Origin: an uncultured Candidatus Saccharibacteria bacterium
GTDB lineage: Bacteria; Patescibacteriota; Minisyncoccia; Phycocordibacterales; UBA2163
Assembly: GCA_964575575.1 (NCBI GenBank)
Contig: CAZNQQ010000005.1
Span: forward strand, 1 to 39,523
Reading direction: 5' to 3'
Length of the DNA stretch: 39,523 nt
Shown here piece by piece: positions 1-9,024 of the stretch. The notes beneath the pieces are model-generated. The model was given only the letters and a program-made list of their open reading frames with translations, was not told the origin of the DNA and did no database searches. Position numbers and translations under genes: made by a program. Positions within the stretch are counted from its first letter, which is position 1. Every line of letters begins with the position of its first letter.

Positions 1-1413
1 TTCACCTGTGATGTTTAGGTCTGTTGTTTTGTCGATGTCAAAGATAACTGTTCGTGCTGAACCGCCGATAATGTCGGCTTTAACATAAATGTCAATAAGG
101 TTTCCTTTTCCAACTACGATTCCGTCACCCAATACTGAAGTGTAGAATTTACCGTCTGAAGAAACTGTTGTTGGGTACTCTGTACCATCAATCACAGTTA
201 CTACATTAGAAATGTCTGTGCTTCCGGCTGAACCTGTTTGGTTCCACCTTATGTTGTTGATTCGGATTTCTTCTGCTGAACCTGCTGTTACAGTAATACC
301 TGCAACTCGCACTCCTGTTGAACCAATCTCTTTTGATTGTGCTGAGTTTGGATCAAATGAAGAAATACCCATAGTCACTGTACCGATAGCAAGTGAAGCG
401 TTAATTGTTTGCGCTGTACCTGCGATTGGAAGTGAACCTGAGACAGTTGCTGACGTATTAACTCCTATAACTGAAAGTGTAGCAATTGTTCCGTCTCTTG
501 AAGAGTTGTCTGCTGCCATGTTTCCGGCAATTGTGAACACTTTTGATGTTCCTGCTGGAATTGTAACTTTCGCACCAACAGTTGCCTGATGGTTTGAATT
601 CAAAGTTTTTGATGTTCCTAGTTGTACGCCGTCTGAATCAAGAAGTACTATTCCTGAAAATACTGCGTCTGGTGCAAGACCAGTTCTTTCAACTGTTACA
701 TTATCCATAACAACGTCACCGTCTGAACCTGCTGTTACGATAAAGTTCGTAAACGGAACTCTAGCTGCTGAGTCAGGTGCAAGTGTTGCAGCTGGCTGTG
801 TGCCACCTACTACTGAAAGACCTGTTCCAGTTGCTGGAGTTGAAGGTGTGTCTGTTGGTGTTGTTGGTGTTGTTGGTGTTGAAGCTGTAGCACAAAGTGA
901 ATTTGCTTTTGCTCTTGATGAAGAACCAAAGTATCCAGTTCCTGCTGAAAGTCCAACTGGTGTTAGAACTTCAGAAGCATATTTGTTCTGGAATTTAACA
1001 ACAGCTGCTTTTGTAAGACCACCGAAGTAATCTGTTTCGCTTCCTGCTGAACCAACTCCTGATGAAGCGATCATTGTGTCGCTGTCAGAGTTCAAGAACT
1101 TCTGAAGAGCCATAACGTCTGCTCCTGAAGAACCTGAGTCAAGACTAACTGACCATGTGTATGGACATACGCTAGACGTTGACGGTGTTGATGGTACAGA
1201 AGGTGTACCGCCTGTCAAAGATGCTTGCACGTTAGCAATCGTCGTTGCGTCAGCCCCGAAAGACTGTAGCAATGAAATGATTGCGTCAACCTGACTTGTT
1301 GTCAGTGCCGCATTTGCTGGTGTTACTGATGCAAACATGAATCCGAAGATAAATGCTACTGCAATAACACCTATAGCTAATTTAGTAGCTATAGAACTAT
1401 TTGTAATACTCAT
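1..1413 (-). CDS. Large secreted cell-surface (S-layer-like) protein with N-terminal peptidoglycan-binding domain; runs off the window start
   Basis: Absent from the ORF track because it is truncated. Manual translation from the ATG at 1413: MSITNSSIATKLAIGVIAVAFIFGFMFASVTPANA (signal peptide)...GSSGADVMALQKFLN...ETDYFGGLTKAAVVKFQ...GYFGSSSRAKAN (PG_binding_1-like), followed by Thr/Ser/Val/Gly-rich sequence. Confidence 0.85.
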   Translation of the reverse strand, partial: MSITNSSIATKLAIGVIAVAFIFGFMFASVTPANAALTTSQVDAIISLLQSFGADATTIANVQASLTGGTPSVPSTPSTSSVCPYTWSVSLDSGSSGADVMALQKFLNSDSDTMIASSGVGSAGSETDYFGGLTKAAVVKFQNKYASEVLTPVGLSAGTGYFGSSSRAKANSLCATASTPTTPTTPTDTPSTPATGTGLSVVGGTQPAATLAPDSAARVPFTNFIVTAGSDGDVVMDNVTVERTGLAPDAVFSGIVLLDSDGVQLGTSKTLNSNHQATVGAKVTIPAGTSKVFTIAGNMAADNSSRDGTIATLSVIGVNTSATVSGSLPIAGTAQTINASLAIGTVTMGISSFDPNSAQSKEIGSTGVRVAGITVTAGSAEEIRINNIRWNQTGSAGSTDISNVVTVIDGTEYPTTVSSDGKFYTSVLGDGIVVGKGNLIDIYVKADIIGGSARTVIFDIDKTTDLNITGE

Positions 1414-1742
1414 AAGTTTATAATTTAAATTTAATTTAAGTTGTCTTTTAAATTTACTGTTAATTAATAAATTGTAAAAATAAAAAACATTGTACTACAC
1501 AAAACATTTTTATATTCGACAAAAAATATTTTGTGCATTGTGTTAATAATTTCTGATAGACACAAAGAAAAACTTTATGCATATCTACCATACTAATTTC
1601 AACAATCTTACTACACCTAGAATGTTCTTAATTGCATCGACGCAGAACATAAAAGATTAGTTGATGAATTTTAGACCGAATCTCAACCTTGTTGCATCCA
1701 TAACTGGACAATGTATTTCTGAAACTTTTTCTATTTATTAAA

Positions 1743-1755
1743 TTGTCAATGAGCG
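1743..1755 (-). promoter_or_regulatory. boxA-like antitermination motif in the long leader of the surface-protein gene
   Basis: Minus strand reads CGCTCATTGACAA, similar to boxA GCTCTTTAACAA, about 45-55 nt downstream of the predicted promoter. Confidence 0.35.
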
Positions 1756-1805
1756 CTCTGTTCCCCCATTTCTAACGCCTTATTACCCCTTTATCTGAAA
1801 CCGCT

Positions 1806-1834
1806 ATTATGCACGATTTCAAGCCAAAATGCAA
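1806..1834 (-). promoter_or_regulatory. sigma70-type promoter for the surface-protein gene
   Basis: Minus strand TTGCAT-N17-CATAAT. Confidence 0.55.
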
Positions 1835-1902
1835 GCGGAAAAGTCCTAGCAATAATTATATAATACAAGCGGTATAATAACCAATATTTACAAGCTCTAA
1901 AG

Positions 1903-1911
1903 TGTGGATAA
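1903..1911 (-). promoter_or_regulatory. Single perfect DnaA box
   Basis: TGTGGATAA is the reverse complement of TTATCCACA; intergenic. Confidence 0.4.
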
Positions 1912-1930
1912 CTCCTTAAGTAATAGCTAT

Positions 1931-2749
1931 TTAAGCTAAGCTATATGTACTCCATCTTCTCTCCCCCTCTTTTTTTAATATACCTTCATTTACTAACGAT
2001 AATAGTTCTCTTTGTAAGGTTTTTGAACTACAACCTTGTATTTCATTTATTACGTCCTTTACAGTGACGGATGGTTTGTCTTGTAACAACTCAAGTATAG
2101 TATTTCTCCTGTTGTTGTGCCGTATATCAGCAGTTTTTGGATGAATAGCATCTTTTGGTTTTATAATAGAATCTGAAGTGTCTTTTATAGGGATTTGTTT
2201 TTCTTTTTTTGTCTTATAGATTTTCTGCGTATGTTTTGTGTCCTTTATACTACTTTGCTTAAGGACACGTGTTTCGTATAGGTTAGGCACATCAAAAAAT
2301 TCTTTCGGTAACCGTACATTGTCAGGAGCAATATCTTCTCTTTTTGTTTTTATAAGTATACCTAGATCAATATACTCACGTTCTAATACTGAAAAATTCA
2401 TCTCGGATATGTGTCTAGATACACGAGCTATTTCAAGGAGAGATACGATTTCTGTAATACCAGATAGTAGTGTATCTGAAGAAACGTGTTCAACTTTTGC
2501 ATCTACATCTTTCTTAAGAGCGTTATGATTTGTTAAGGACATCTTCTGTAACTGCATAACCTCAGAGAAGATGTTTATAGATTTCTCTCGTAACAAACTT
2601 CTTAGGACCTCCTTATTATCTATCAGATTAGTAACAACATATAGAGCCGAGGCAAGCTTTTCAGCTTTTTTATATAAATAAATATAAAGATGGTTTCCCT
2701 CAAAGAAGTCGTCTTTATTAGTATTGTTACTTACTGGTTTTTCTTGCAT
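1931..2749 (-). CDS. Four-helix-bundle-like N-domain plus C-terminal winged HTH (DeoR-like) DNA-binding protein
   Basis: C-terminal RRNTILELL...VTVKDV...SSKTLQRELLSLVNEGILKKEGERRWSTY is a wHTH; N-terminal YKKAEKLASALYVVT...EIVSLLEIARVSRHISE resembles four-helix-bundle (23S-IVP/Avd-like) proteins. Confidence 0.7.
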   Translation of the reverse strand: MQEKPVSNNTNKDDFFEGNHLYIYLYKKAEKLASALYVVTNLIDNKEVLRSLLREKSINIFSEVMQLQKMSLTNHNALKKDVDAKVEHVSSDTLLSGITEIVSLLEIARVSRHISEMNFSVLEREYIDLGILIKTKREDIAPDNVRLPKEFFDVPNLYETRVLKQSSIKDTKHTQKIYKTKKEKQIPIKDTSDSIIKPKDAIHPKTADIRHNNRRNTILELLQDKPSVTVKDVINEIQGCSSKTLQRELLSLVNEGILKKEGERRWSTYSLA

Positions 2750-2756
2750 ATTAATA

Positions 2757-2860
2757 TGTCTTTTATAGCGTGTCTTTTATAAATATTTCTTAGTTAGGAT
2801 GTCTTTTATAAAAATTTTCAAACTAATCTCATATTTGATATGTCCATTATATAACGGACA
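2757..2860. repeat. TGTCTTTTATA direct-repeat array plus near-perfect palindrome between the wHTH gene and ftsK
   Basis: TGTCTTTTATA at 2757, 2771 and 2800; TGTCCATTAT-ATAACGGACA palindrome at 2841-2860. Confidence 0.85.
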
Positions 2861-2907
2861 CATATAAAAGCAACTTTGCTTCTCAAATATGTTATTATTT
2901 TCTTATC

Positions 2908-5196
2908 ATGTTCAAATTTTTAAATGAGAAAAATACAAAAAATAAAAAGAGGAAAGGTAAAGTAGATGACGACCAAGGAGGGTTGTTTGAAAACCTAAAA
3001 CAAGAAACTGTTCAGGGTATATATGCAATAATATTTTTTATACTTGGCGTGTTTTTAATCCTAGCTGCATTTGAAGGTGCAGGTGTGATCGGCAACACAA
3101 CATATAAACTATTGTCTTCACTGTTTGGAATAGGATATTTTATAATTCCTGTTTTGTTTTTCCTCATGTCTGCATCATACATTCGATATCTTAGCAGTTC
3201 GTTTGGTGTACTAAAAAAGATAAGCGCCGTTGTCTTCTTCTTAGCTGGTATAGGTCTCGTTGACGCAACAGTAAACGGTAAGGGTGGGCTGTTAGGTGGA
3301 GCAATCGCATCACCTCTAATAGGGCTTGTTGATATATTTGTAGCACTTCTTATTCTTTGGGGTCTTGTGATCGCATCTCTTTTGATACTACTTGATGCCA
3401 AACTACCTCCACTATCCTTCTTTACTAATATGTTCAAAAAGCCTGACCCAGACGATGAAGAAGAAGGATACGACGAATACGAAGAAGAGGAAGATGAGGA
3501 ATACGAAGAAAGTGAAGAAGAAGAGAGTGATGAAGAGGAAGACGAAGAGTATGAGGACGAAGAAGAGGAAGATGAAGAGGAGGAGGAAGCTAATCCCAAA
3601 ATGGTTGGTCTTGGATCAAAAAAGTCTGGTCAAGACGTCATACATATGAAACATGTCCATGTAGGCTCTTACACACCTCCCCCACTCTCTATACTTGAAA
3701 AAGATAAGGGTAAACCAGGTGTTGGCGACATAAAAGCAAATGCAAATATTATAAAAAGGACTCTGCAAAACTTCGGTGTTGATGTACAAGTAGATGAGAT
3801 TTCAATAGGTCCATCTGTCACACGTTACGCTCTTAAACCTGCTGAAGGTGTAAGGCTTTCAAAGATACTTGGACTTCAAAACAACCTGGAGCTAGCTTTG
3901 GCTGCCCACCCTGTAAGGATAGAAGCACCTATCCCTGGACGCTCACTCGTAGGAGTTGAAGTGCCGAACACCGCCAAAACAACAGTTGGTCTCTCTACCC
4001 TACTCTCCTCTTCTGAGTTCCAAACTTCAGAGAAACCTCTTCTGGTATCACTCGGTAAAGACATAACAGGCAAATCGCATTTTGGAAATTTAGCAAAAAT
4101 GCCACACGTGCTTATAGCAGGTGCTACAGGATCTGGAAAATCTGTTACTGTGCATACACTGATTACATCATTGCTGTTTAAAAACTCTGCGCAACAGCTT
4201 AGGTTCATAATGATTGATCCTAAACGAGTGGAGCTCACGCTTTACAACAGCATCCCTCACCTACTCACCCCTGTAATAACAGACCCTAAAAAGGCTATTT
4301 TGGCACTAAAGTGGGCTGCAAAAGAGATGGATAGACGATATGAAATACTTGAAAAAAACTCTGTAAGAGATATAGAGTCGTACCATAAGCATCTTGAAGA
4401 ATTAGACGAAGCCGAGCAAGGTGACGAATACGAAGAGGAGGAAGATGAAGAGATGGAAGCAATGCCGTACATTGCAATAGTAATAGATGAACTTGCTGAC
4501 ATTATGCAAATGTACCCGCGTGAACTAGAGTCAGTTATAGTGCGTCTTGCACAAATGAGCCGTGCTGTTGGGATCCACCTAACACTCTCAACACAACGAC
4601 CATCTGTAAACGTCATTACAGGACTCATTAAAGCAAACATACCTACAAGAATAGCGCTTCAAGTAGCGTCACAGATTGATTCACGAACAATCCTAGATGC
4701 AGCTGGGGCTGAAAAACTTCTTGGTTCTGGTGATATGCTCTACCTTTCTGGAGAGATGTCTAAGCCAAAACGACTACAAGCTGCATTTATATCAGAGGCA
4801 GAAGTAAAAAAGGTAGTAAAGTATTTAGTTAAAAATTATAGCGACGACATACATCCAGAGATCGATCTGTCTGTAAATGGTGTAAAAAATACAAACAACA
4901 GCGCTGTCTTTGAAGCAATTCTTGATGATGAAGATGAGGAAGAAGACGAACTATACGCAGAAGCAAAAGAGACTGTAATAGCTGCTGGTAAAGCATCTAC
5001 ATCTTACCTTCAAAGAAAACTGCGAATAGGTTACGCACGTGCCGCAAGACTTATGGATATATTAGAAGAAAGAGGAGTTATAGGCCCTGCAGATGGTTCA
5101 AAGCCACGAGAAGTACTTGAAGGATTAGACGAAGCAGGTGAAGAATACGAAGAGGAAGAAGAACAAGAAGAAAACGAATATGAGGATGAGGATTAG
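2908..5196 (+). CDS. ftsK: DNA translocase FtsK/SpoIIIE
   Basis: N-terminal TM helices; PHVLIAGATGSGKS Walker A; IVIDELAD Walker B; RAVGIHL..STQRPSVNVITGLIKAN; gamma domain STSYLQRKLRIGYARAARLMD. Confidence 0.97.
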   Translation: MFKFLNEKNTKNKKRKGKVDDDQGGLFENLKQETVQGIYAIIFFILGVFLILAAFEGAGVIGNTTYKLLSSLFGIGYFIIPVLFFLMSASYIRYLSSSFGVLKKISAVVFFLAGIGLVDATVNGKGGLLGGAIASPLIGLVDIFVALLILWGLVIASLLILLDAKLPPLSFFTNMFKKPDPDDEEEGYDEYEEEEDEEYEESEEEESDEEEDEEYEDEEEEDEEEEEANPKMVGLGSKKSGQDVIHMKHVHVGSYTPPPLSILEKDKGKPGVGDIKANANIIKRTLQNFGVDVQVDEISIGPSVTRYALKPAEGVRLSKILGLQNNLELALAAHPVRIEAPIPGRSLVGVEVPNTAKTTVGLSTLLSSSEFQTSEKPLLVSLGKDITGKSHFGNLAKMPHVLIAGATGSGKSVTVHTLITSLLFKNSAQQLRFIMIDPKRVELTLYNSIPHLLTPVITDPKKAILALKWAAKEMDRRYEILEKNSVRDIESYHKHLEELDEAEQGDEYEEEEDEEMEAMPYIAIVIDELADIMQMYPRELESVIVRLAQMSRAVGIHLTLSTQRPSVNVITGLIKANIPTRIALQVASQIDSRTILDAAGAEKLLGSGDMLYLSGEMSKPKRLQAAFISEAEVKKVVKYLVKNYSDDIHPEIDLSVNGVKNTNNSAVFEAILDDEDEEEDELYAEAKETVIAAGKASTSYLQRKLRIGYARAARLMDILEERGVIGPADGSKPREVLEGLDEAGEEYEEEEEQEENEYEDED

Positions 5197-5548
5197 AATT
5201 TTAAATAAAAGTTTAAGTTTTTATATAAAGTTCACATTGATTACCCTCTTTGTAATTATCATATTTGGCTACGCTTTCTTTCAAGCAAAGAATATCGTCT
5301 TAGGTCCTGTTGTAGAGATTACGCAACCCATAAACGGCTCTTCTTTGGAAAGTTCACTTATTGATGTAAGAGGGTTTGCGAAGAACATTTCTCACATTAG
5401 TATGAACGGCAGACAAATATTTACCGACGACAAAGGCTTGTTTAGTGAAAAATTGCTCCTGTCTTATGGGTATAATATAATAACTATAAAGGCACAGGAT
5501 AGATTTGATCGAGAAATAGAAAAAAAATTAGAATTAATATATAAATAA
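5180..5548 (+). CDS. Membrane-anchored small Ig-like (beta-sandwich) domain protein
   Basis: Single TM, then GPVVEITQP...[34 protein letters not shown]; likely start ATG 5180 overlapping the ftsK end. Confidence 0.7.
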   Translation: MRMRIRILNKSLSFYIKFTLITLFVIIIFGYAFFQAKNIVLGPVVEITQPINGSSLESSLIDVRGFAKNISHISMNGRQIFTDDKGLFSEKLLLSYGYNIITIKAQDRFDREIEKKLELIYK

Positions 5549-5549
5549 T

Positions 5550-6569
5550 ATGGCAAAAGCAAAAGCATTGTCTGCGACTAAGCAGACAAAATCTAAGGGT
5601 TCAAGTATTGACGACACAATAAAAGAAATAAAAACAAAATTTGGCGATGAATCTATCATGAAGCTTGGCGAGCGACCCAAGGTAGATGTAGATGCGATTC
5701 CGACTGGTTCAATCGGTCTTGATTGGGCGCTTGGTATCGGTGGCCTTCCCCGCGGCAGGATAATAGAAATATTTGGACCGGAGTCTTCTGGTAAGACAAC
5801 TCTGGCATTACACGTAATAGCAGAGGCACAGAAAAAGGGTGGTGTGTGTGCATTCATAGATGCAGAACATGCAATGGACCCAGTGTATGCCAAAAAACTT
5901 GGTGTCAAAACAGAAGAGCTTCTACTCTCACAACCTGACACAGGAGAACAGTCTCTTGAGATCACAGAATCGCTTGTACGTTCAGGCAAACTCGATGTAA
6001 TAGTCGTAGACTCTGTCGCAGCGCTTACTCCTAAAGACGAAATAGAAGGTGACATGGGTGCGCACCACGTAGGTAAACAAGCGCGACTTATGTCACAAGC
6101 TTTAAGAAAACTTACTGCCATCGTTGCCAAATCAAAAACAGTTGTGATCTTCATAAACCAAATCAGAATGCAGATCGGTGTAATGTTTGGCAACCCTGAA
6201 ACAACTCCAGGTGGTAAAGCGCTTAAGTTCTACACATCAGTACGAATAGACATAAGAAGGATTGCGCAGATCAAAAAAGCAGATGAGGTAATGGGAGGGC
6301 GTGTGCGTGTGAAGGTTGTAAAGAACAAAGTCGCAGCGCCTTTCAAGGTAAGCGAGTTTGACCTAATGTACAACGAAGGCATATCAAGAGAGGGTGAGCT
6401 TCTAGCACTTGGCGAAAAGTACGACATAGTACAAAAGTCCGGTGCATCTTACTCATTTGGTGAAGAAAAGCTAGGTCGCGGATACGACGCAACAAGAAAC
6501 TACCTCAAAGAAAACAAAAAAATCGCAGACAAAATCCTCAAAGAAATTAGAAAAAAATTAGCAGAATAG
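5550..6569 (+). CDS. recA: Recombinase A
   Basis: [62 protein letters not shown]. Confidence 0.99.
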   Translation: MAKAKALSATKQTKSKGSSIDDTIKEIKTKFGDESIMKLGERPKVDVDAIPTGSIGLDWALGIGGLPRGRIIEIFGPESSGKTTLALHVIAEAQKKGGVCAFIDAEHAMDPVYAKKLGVKTEELLLSQPDTGEQSLEITESLVRSGKLDVIVVDSVAALTPKDEIEGDMGAHHVGKQARLMSQALRKLTAIVAKSKTVVIFINQIRMQIGVMFGNPETTPGGKALKFYTSVRIDIRRIAQIKKADEVMGGRVRVKVVKNKVAAPFKVSEFDLMYNEGISREGELLALGEKYDIVQKSGASYSFGEEKLGRGYDATRNYLKENKKIADKILKEIRKKLAE

Positions 6570-6572
6570 ACA

Positions 6573-6616
6573 AACAAAAAACCCGCGAGTCCTGAAGGAC
6601 TCGCGGGTTTTTTGTT
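6573..6616. terminator. Bidirectional intrinsic terminator
   Basis: AACAAAAAACCCGCGAGTCCT-GA-AGGACTCGCGGGTTTTTTGTT between convergent genes. Confidence 0.92.
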
Positions 6617-6636
6617 GAAATTAATATACCAGAATT

Positions 6637-6987
6637 TTAATGAGTACTTTGTACTGAATTATGATTATGCTTTATCATATCTTCAAAGATGTTTTTTATA
6701 GCATCGCGCATTACCCATGCTACAAGTGCCACAACACCAAACACTATAAACTGCACAGCGAGATCAGTATTTAAAGCAGCATTTGTCATAAAAGTATACA
6801 ATCCAGACAAATTATTAAAATCTGGCATATTGTTTGCAACCGCCTCTACGTGTACAAATATCTTTATACCGTATAGAAGTGCAAGAGTTGCATATACTTT
6901 AAGTGCAGCCTTGCTTAATACTTTACCAAGTACATAAAGCGCATACACTCTCCTCATTATTCTCTTCTTAAGCTGTGAATGATTCAT
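6637..6987 (-). CDS. Small membrane protein, possible anti-sigma factor
   Basis: 116 aa with two hydrophobic segments, directly downstream of the ECF sigma gene. Confidence 0.6.
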   Translation of the reverse strand: MNHSQLKKRIMRRVYALYVLGKVLSKAALKVYATLALLYGIKIFVHVEAVANNMPDFNNLSGLYTFMTNAALNTDLAVQFIVFGVVALVAWVMRDAIKNIFEDMIKHNHNSVQSTH

Positions 6988-7029
6988 ATTAATAAATAAA
7001 CTTAAACTTATGTATCTAGTACAACTCTC

Positions 7030-7626
7030 TTAAGCCCCAATGGTTACATTTATCTTTTTAAACTCTTTTTTAGCCCTATGTACCCTTGTTTTTATGGCTC
7101 CTACAGACACACCTTCCATCTTTGCTATTTCTTCTTGCGGTCTTCCTTCTATAAAATGAAGTTTAAGTACCCTACCTAGATGCTCGGGCATACGAGACAA
7201 AACAGAAGTAATATAATCTTCGGTCTCCCCTTTCTCAAACTGTTGTGTCTTAGTGTCTGCCATTACCTCATACCACTCTGGGTCAGGGTTAAACACCGCA
7301 CCTCTGTGCTTCTTCATCTTCTGATAACGTGTAAAAGCAGTGTTAAGAAGTATCTTATACCCCCACGACTTGAACGACGCACCCTCTTGTACTTGGAATT
7401 TATCTGCGTATCTATATATTTTAGTAAAAGCTTCTTGCACTATGTCTTCTGCGTCTTCACGACTGCCCAACACAGACTGCGCTTTACGCAAAAAAGCATC
7501 CTGATATCTATCAAGTAAAATACCAAAAAGGTATGGATGATTTATAGACAACGCCAAAATTTCTTCGTCGCTTTTATCCATATAATCTTCTTTTCCGCCA
7601 GCTGGCGGATTATCGTTTAGAAACAT
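7030..7626 (-). CDS. ECF-type RNA polymerase sigma factor
   Basis: Region 2 DAEDIVQEAFTKIY...FKSWGYKILLN; region 4 EEIAKMEGVSVGAIKTRVHRAKK. Confidence 0.93.
   Translation of the reverse strand: MFLNDNPPAGGKEDYMDKSDEEILALSINHPYLFGILLDRYQDAFLRKAQSVLGSREDAEDIVQEAFTKIYRYADKFQVQEGASFKSWGYKILLNTAFTRYQKMKKHRGAVFNPDPEWYEVMADTKTQQFEKGETEDYITSVLSRMPEHLGRVLKLHFIEGRPQEEIAKMEGVSVGAIKTRVHRAKKEFKKINVTIGA
7594..7611 (-). repeat. In-frame palindromic element (NPPAGG), copy 1
   Basis: TCCGCCAGCTGGCGGATT, identical at 25857 and 39042. Confidence 0.9.
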
Positions 7627-7755
7627 TAAATGTACTGTACAACATGCAGTGCATTTTGTCCACCTATTAAAACCGACCTCTCTATTTTTTAAAACGTCTA
7701 AGATATTCGAAAGTTACGATGAACTTTAATATAAAGATATAATGTTGTGAGATAT

Positions 7756-7953
7756 TTACTGTATAGTAAAAGGAAGTAGCGCCATAAATCTAGCTCTTTT
7801 GATAGCTGTGGCAAGTTTTCGCTGTTCTCTAGCAGTTGCACCTGTATTCATACGCTGTGTTATACGTCCGTGAGTTTTTAGGAAATTCTTAAGAAGCTCT
7901 ACATCTTTGTAGTCTACGTGTTTTATATTATTTTTTGTAAAAAAGTTTTGCAT
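7756..7953 (-). CDS. rpsR: 30S ribosomal protein S18
   Basis: VDYKDVELLKNF...GRI...TG...QRKLATAIKRARFMALLPF; rpsF-ssb-rpsR order. Confidence 0.96.
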   Translation of the reverse strand: MQNFFTKNNIKHVDYKDVELLKNFLKTHGRITQRMNTGATAREQRKLATAIKRARFMALLPFTIQ

Positions 7954-7974
7954 CTTTAAAATTATTATTGATAT

Positions 7975-8424
7975 TTAAAATGGTATGTCTTCTGGTTTAA
8001 TATCTTCTTCTGGATATTCTATATCCGCTGCTGGCGCCTGCGCCTGTGGTACATCTGCACCTCCTGTTGACACAGTTGCGCTTGGCGCACCTGCACCTCC
8101 TGCTCTTGGGCCAAACTGTACACGGTCTGCAACGATCTCTGTACGGTATTTCTTCACGCCGTCGCTCTCCCAACTTCTTGTTTGCATTCTACCTTCTACA
8201 AGTGCTGAGCTTCCCTTTTTCAGATACTGTGCGACAGTCTCTGCTTGTCTTCCAAAGACAACAATATTATGAAACTCCGGGCTTTCTTGCTTTGCTCCAT
8301 CTTTGTCTTTCCAAACACGGTTTGTCGCAATAGAAAAGCTGGTCACTTGAGTACCAGAAGGAAGAGATTTTAGCTCTGGGTCTCTGGTTAAATTTCCGTA
8401 TACTAATGCTTTGTTTAAATACAT
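7975..8424 (-). CDS. ssb: Single-stranded DNA-binding protein
   Basis: LNKALVYGNLTRDPELK, VEGRMQTRSW, C-terminal EDIPF. Confidence 0.98.
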   Translation of the reverse strand: MYLNKALVYGNLTRDPELKSLPSGTQVTSFSIATNRVWKDKDGAKQESPEFHNIVVFGRQAETVAQYLKKGSSALVEGRMQTRSWESDGVKKYRTEIVADRVQFGPRAGGAGAPSATVSTGGADVPQAQAPAADIEYPEEDIKPEDIPF

Positions 8425-8437
8425 ATGATTTATTATA

Positions 8438-8977
8438 TTATTCTACTACCAATTCCTCAATAGTTTTATCAAGCTCTTCTTCTGACACCGGGGCTTTAAT
8501 TTCTACTTCTGGTGCTTCCACAGACTTTTCCTGTCTGCCGGCAGGCAGAGGTTTGTCTTTCTTAGGTTCATCTTTTGCAAAGACAACTGTTTTAGGTGCA
8601 AGAGTTGATTCTTTAACTGTTTTTATTATCAAAAACCGTAGAACGTTTTTATTAAGATCTATTCCCTCTTTAACATTTACAATACTGTCAGTTTTCATCT
8701 CAAACTTTATCCAACCGAAAGAAGCTGTATCAAACTTTTTAATCTTTCCTTCAATGTTTTTTACAATAGTATATGCAAGAGTTATAGGCTTTGGGAATTC
8801 GTCAGCTATAAAAGTACCACCATTGCTCTCTATTAGAGATTTGATACTATCTACCTCTTTACCAAGATCTGCCTCCTCTACAGTAGGCACAATATGAAAA
8901 CCGACCTCATATACTTGAGTCTCGGCCTCTTCAGCACTATCTTGTGCAATATCTTCTTTTATAACGTCTTCTGCCAT
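8438..8977 (-). CDS. rpsF: 30S ribosomal protein S6 with acidic extensions
   Basis: YEVGFHIVP...LAYTI.K...VLRFLIIK; position upstream of ssb. Confidence 0.92.
   Translation of the reverse strand: MAEDVIKEDIAQDSAEEAETQVYEVGFHIVPTVEEADLGKEVDSIKSLIESNGGTFIADEFPKPITLAYTIVKNIEGKIKKFDTASFGWIKFEMKTDSIVNVKEGIDLNKNVLRFLIIKTVKESTLAPKTVVFAKDEPKKDKPLPAGRQEKSVEAPEVEIKAPVSEEELDKTIEELVVE
8531..8548 (-). repeat. In-frame palindromic element (LPAGRQ) in the rpsF tail
   Basis: CTGTCTGCCGGCAGGCAG, an 18-bp near-perfect GC-rich palindrome in AT-rich context. Confidence 0.7.
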
Positions 8978-9024
8978 GTAAAAAGCATATTAGCACAGAG
9001 GCTTTTATAAAGCAATAGAAAGCA

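Noticed and set aside
212-1030. + strand ORFs 212..589 and 800..1030
   Set aside because: Antisense shadows of the minus-strand surface-protein gene (1..1413).
1414-1930. oriC
   Set aside because: Only one perfect DnaA box and no dnaA/dnaN nearby; insufficient evidence.
1931-2749. Diversity-generating retroelement suggested by the Avd-like helical domain
   Set aside because: No reverse transcriptase or TR/VR repeat pair seen in the window.
3012-3599. 195-aa poly-Ser ORF on the minus strand
   Set aside because: Antisense reading of the GAA/GAT-rich acidic linker of ftsK.
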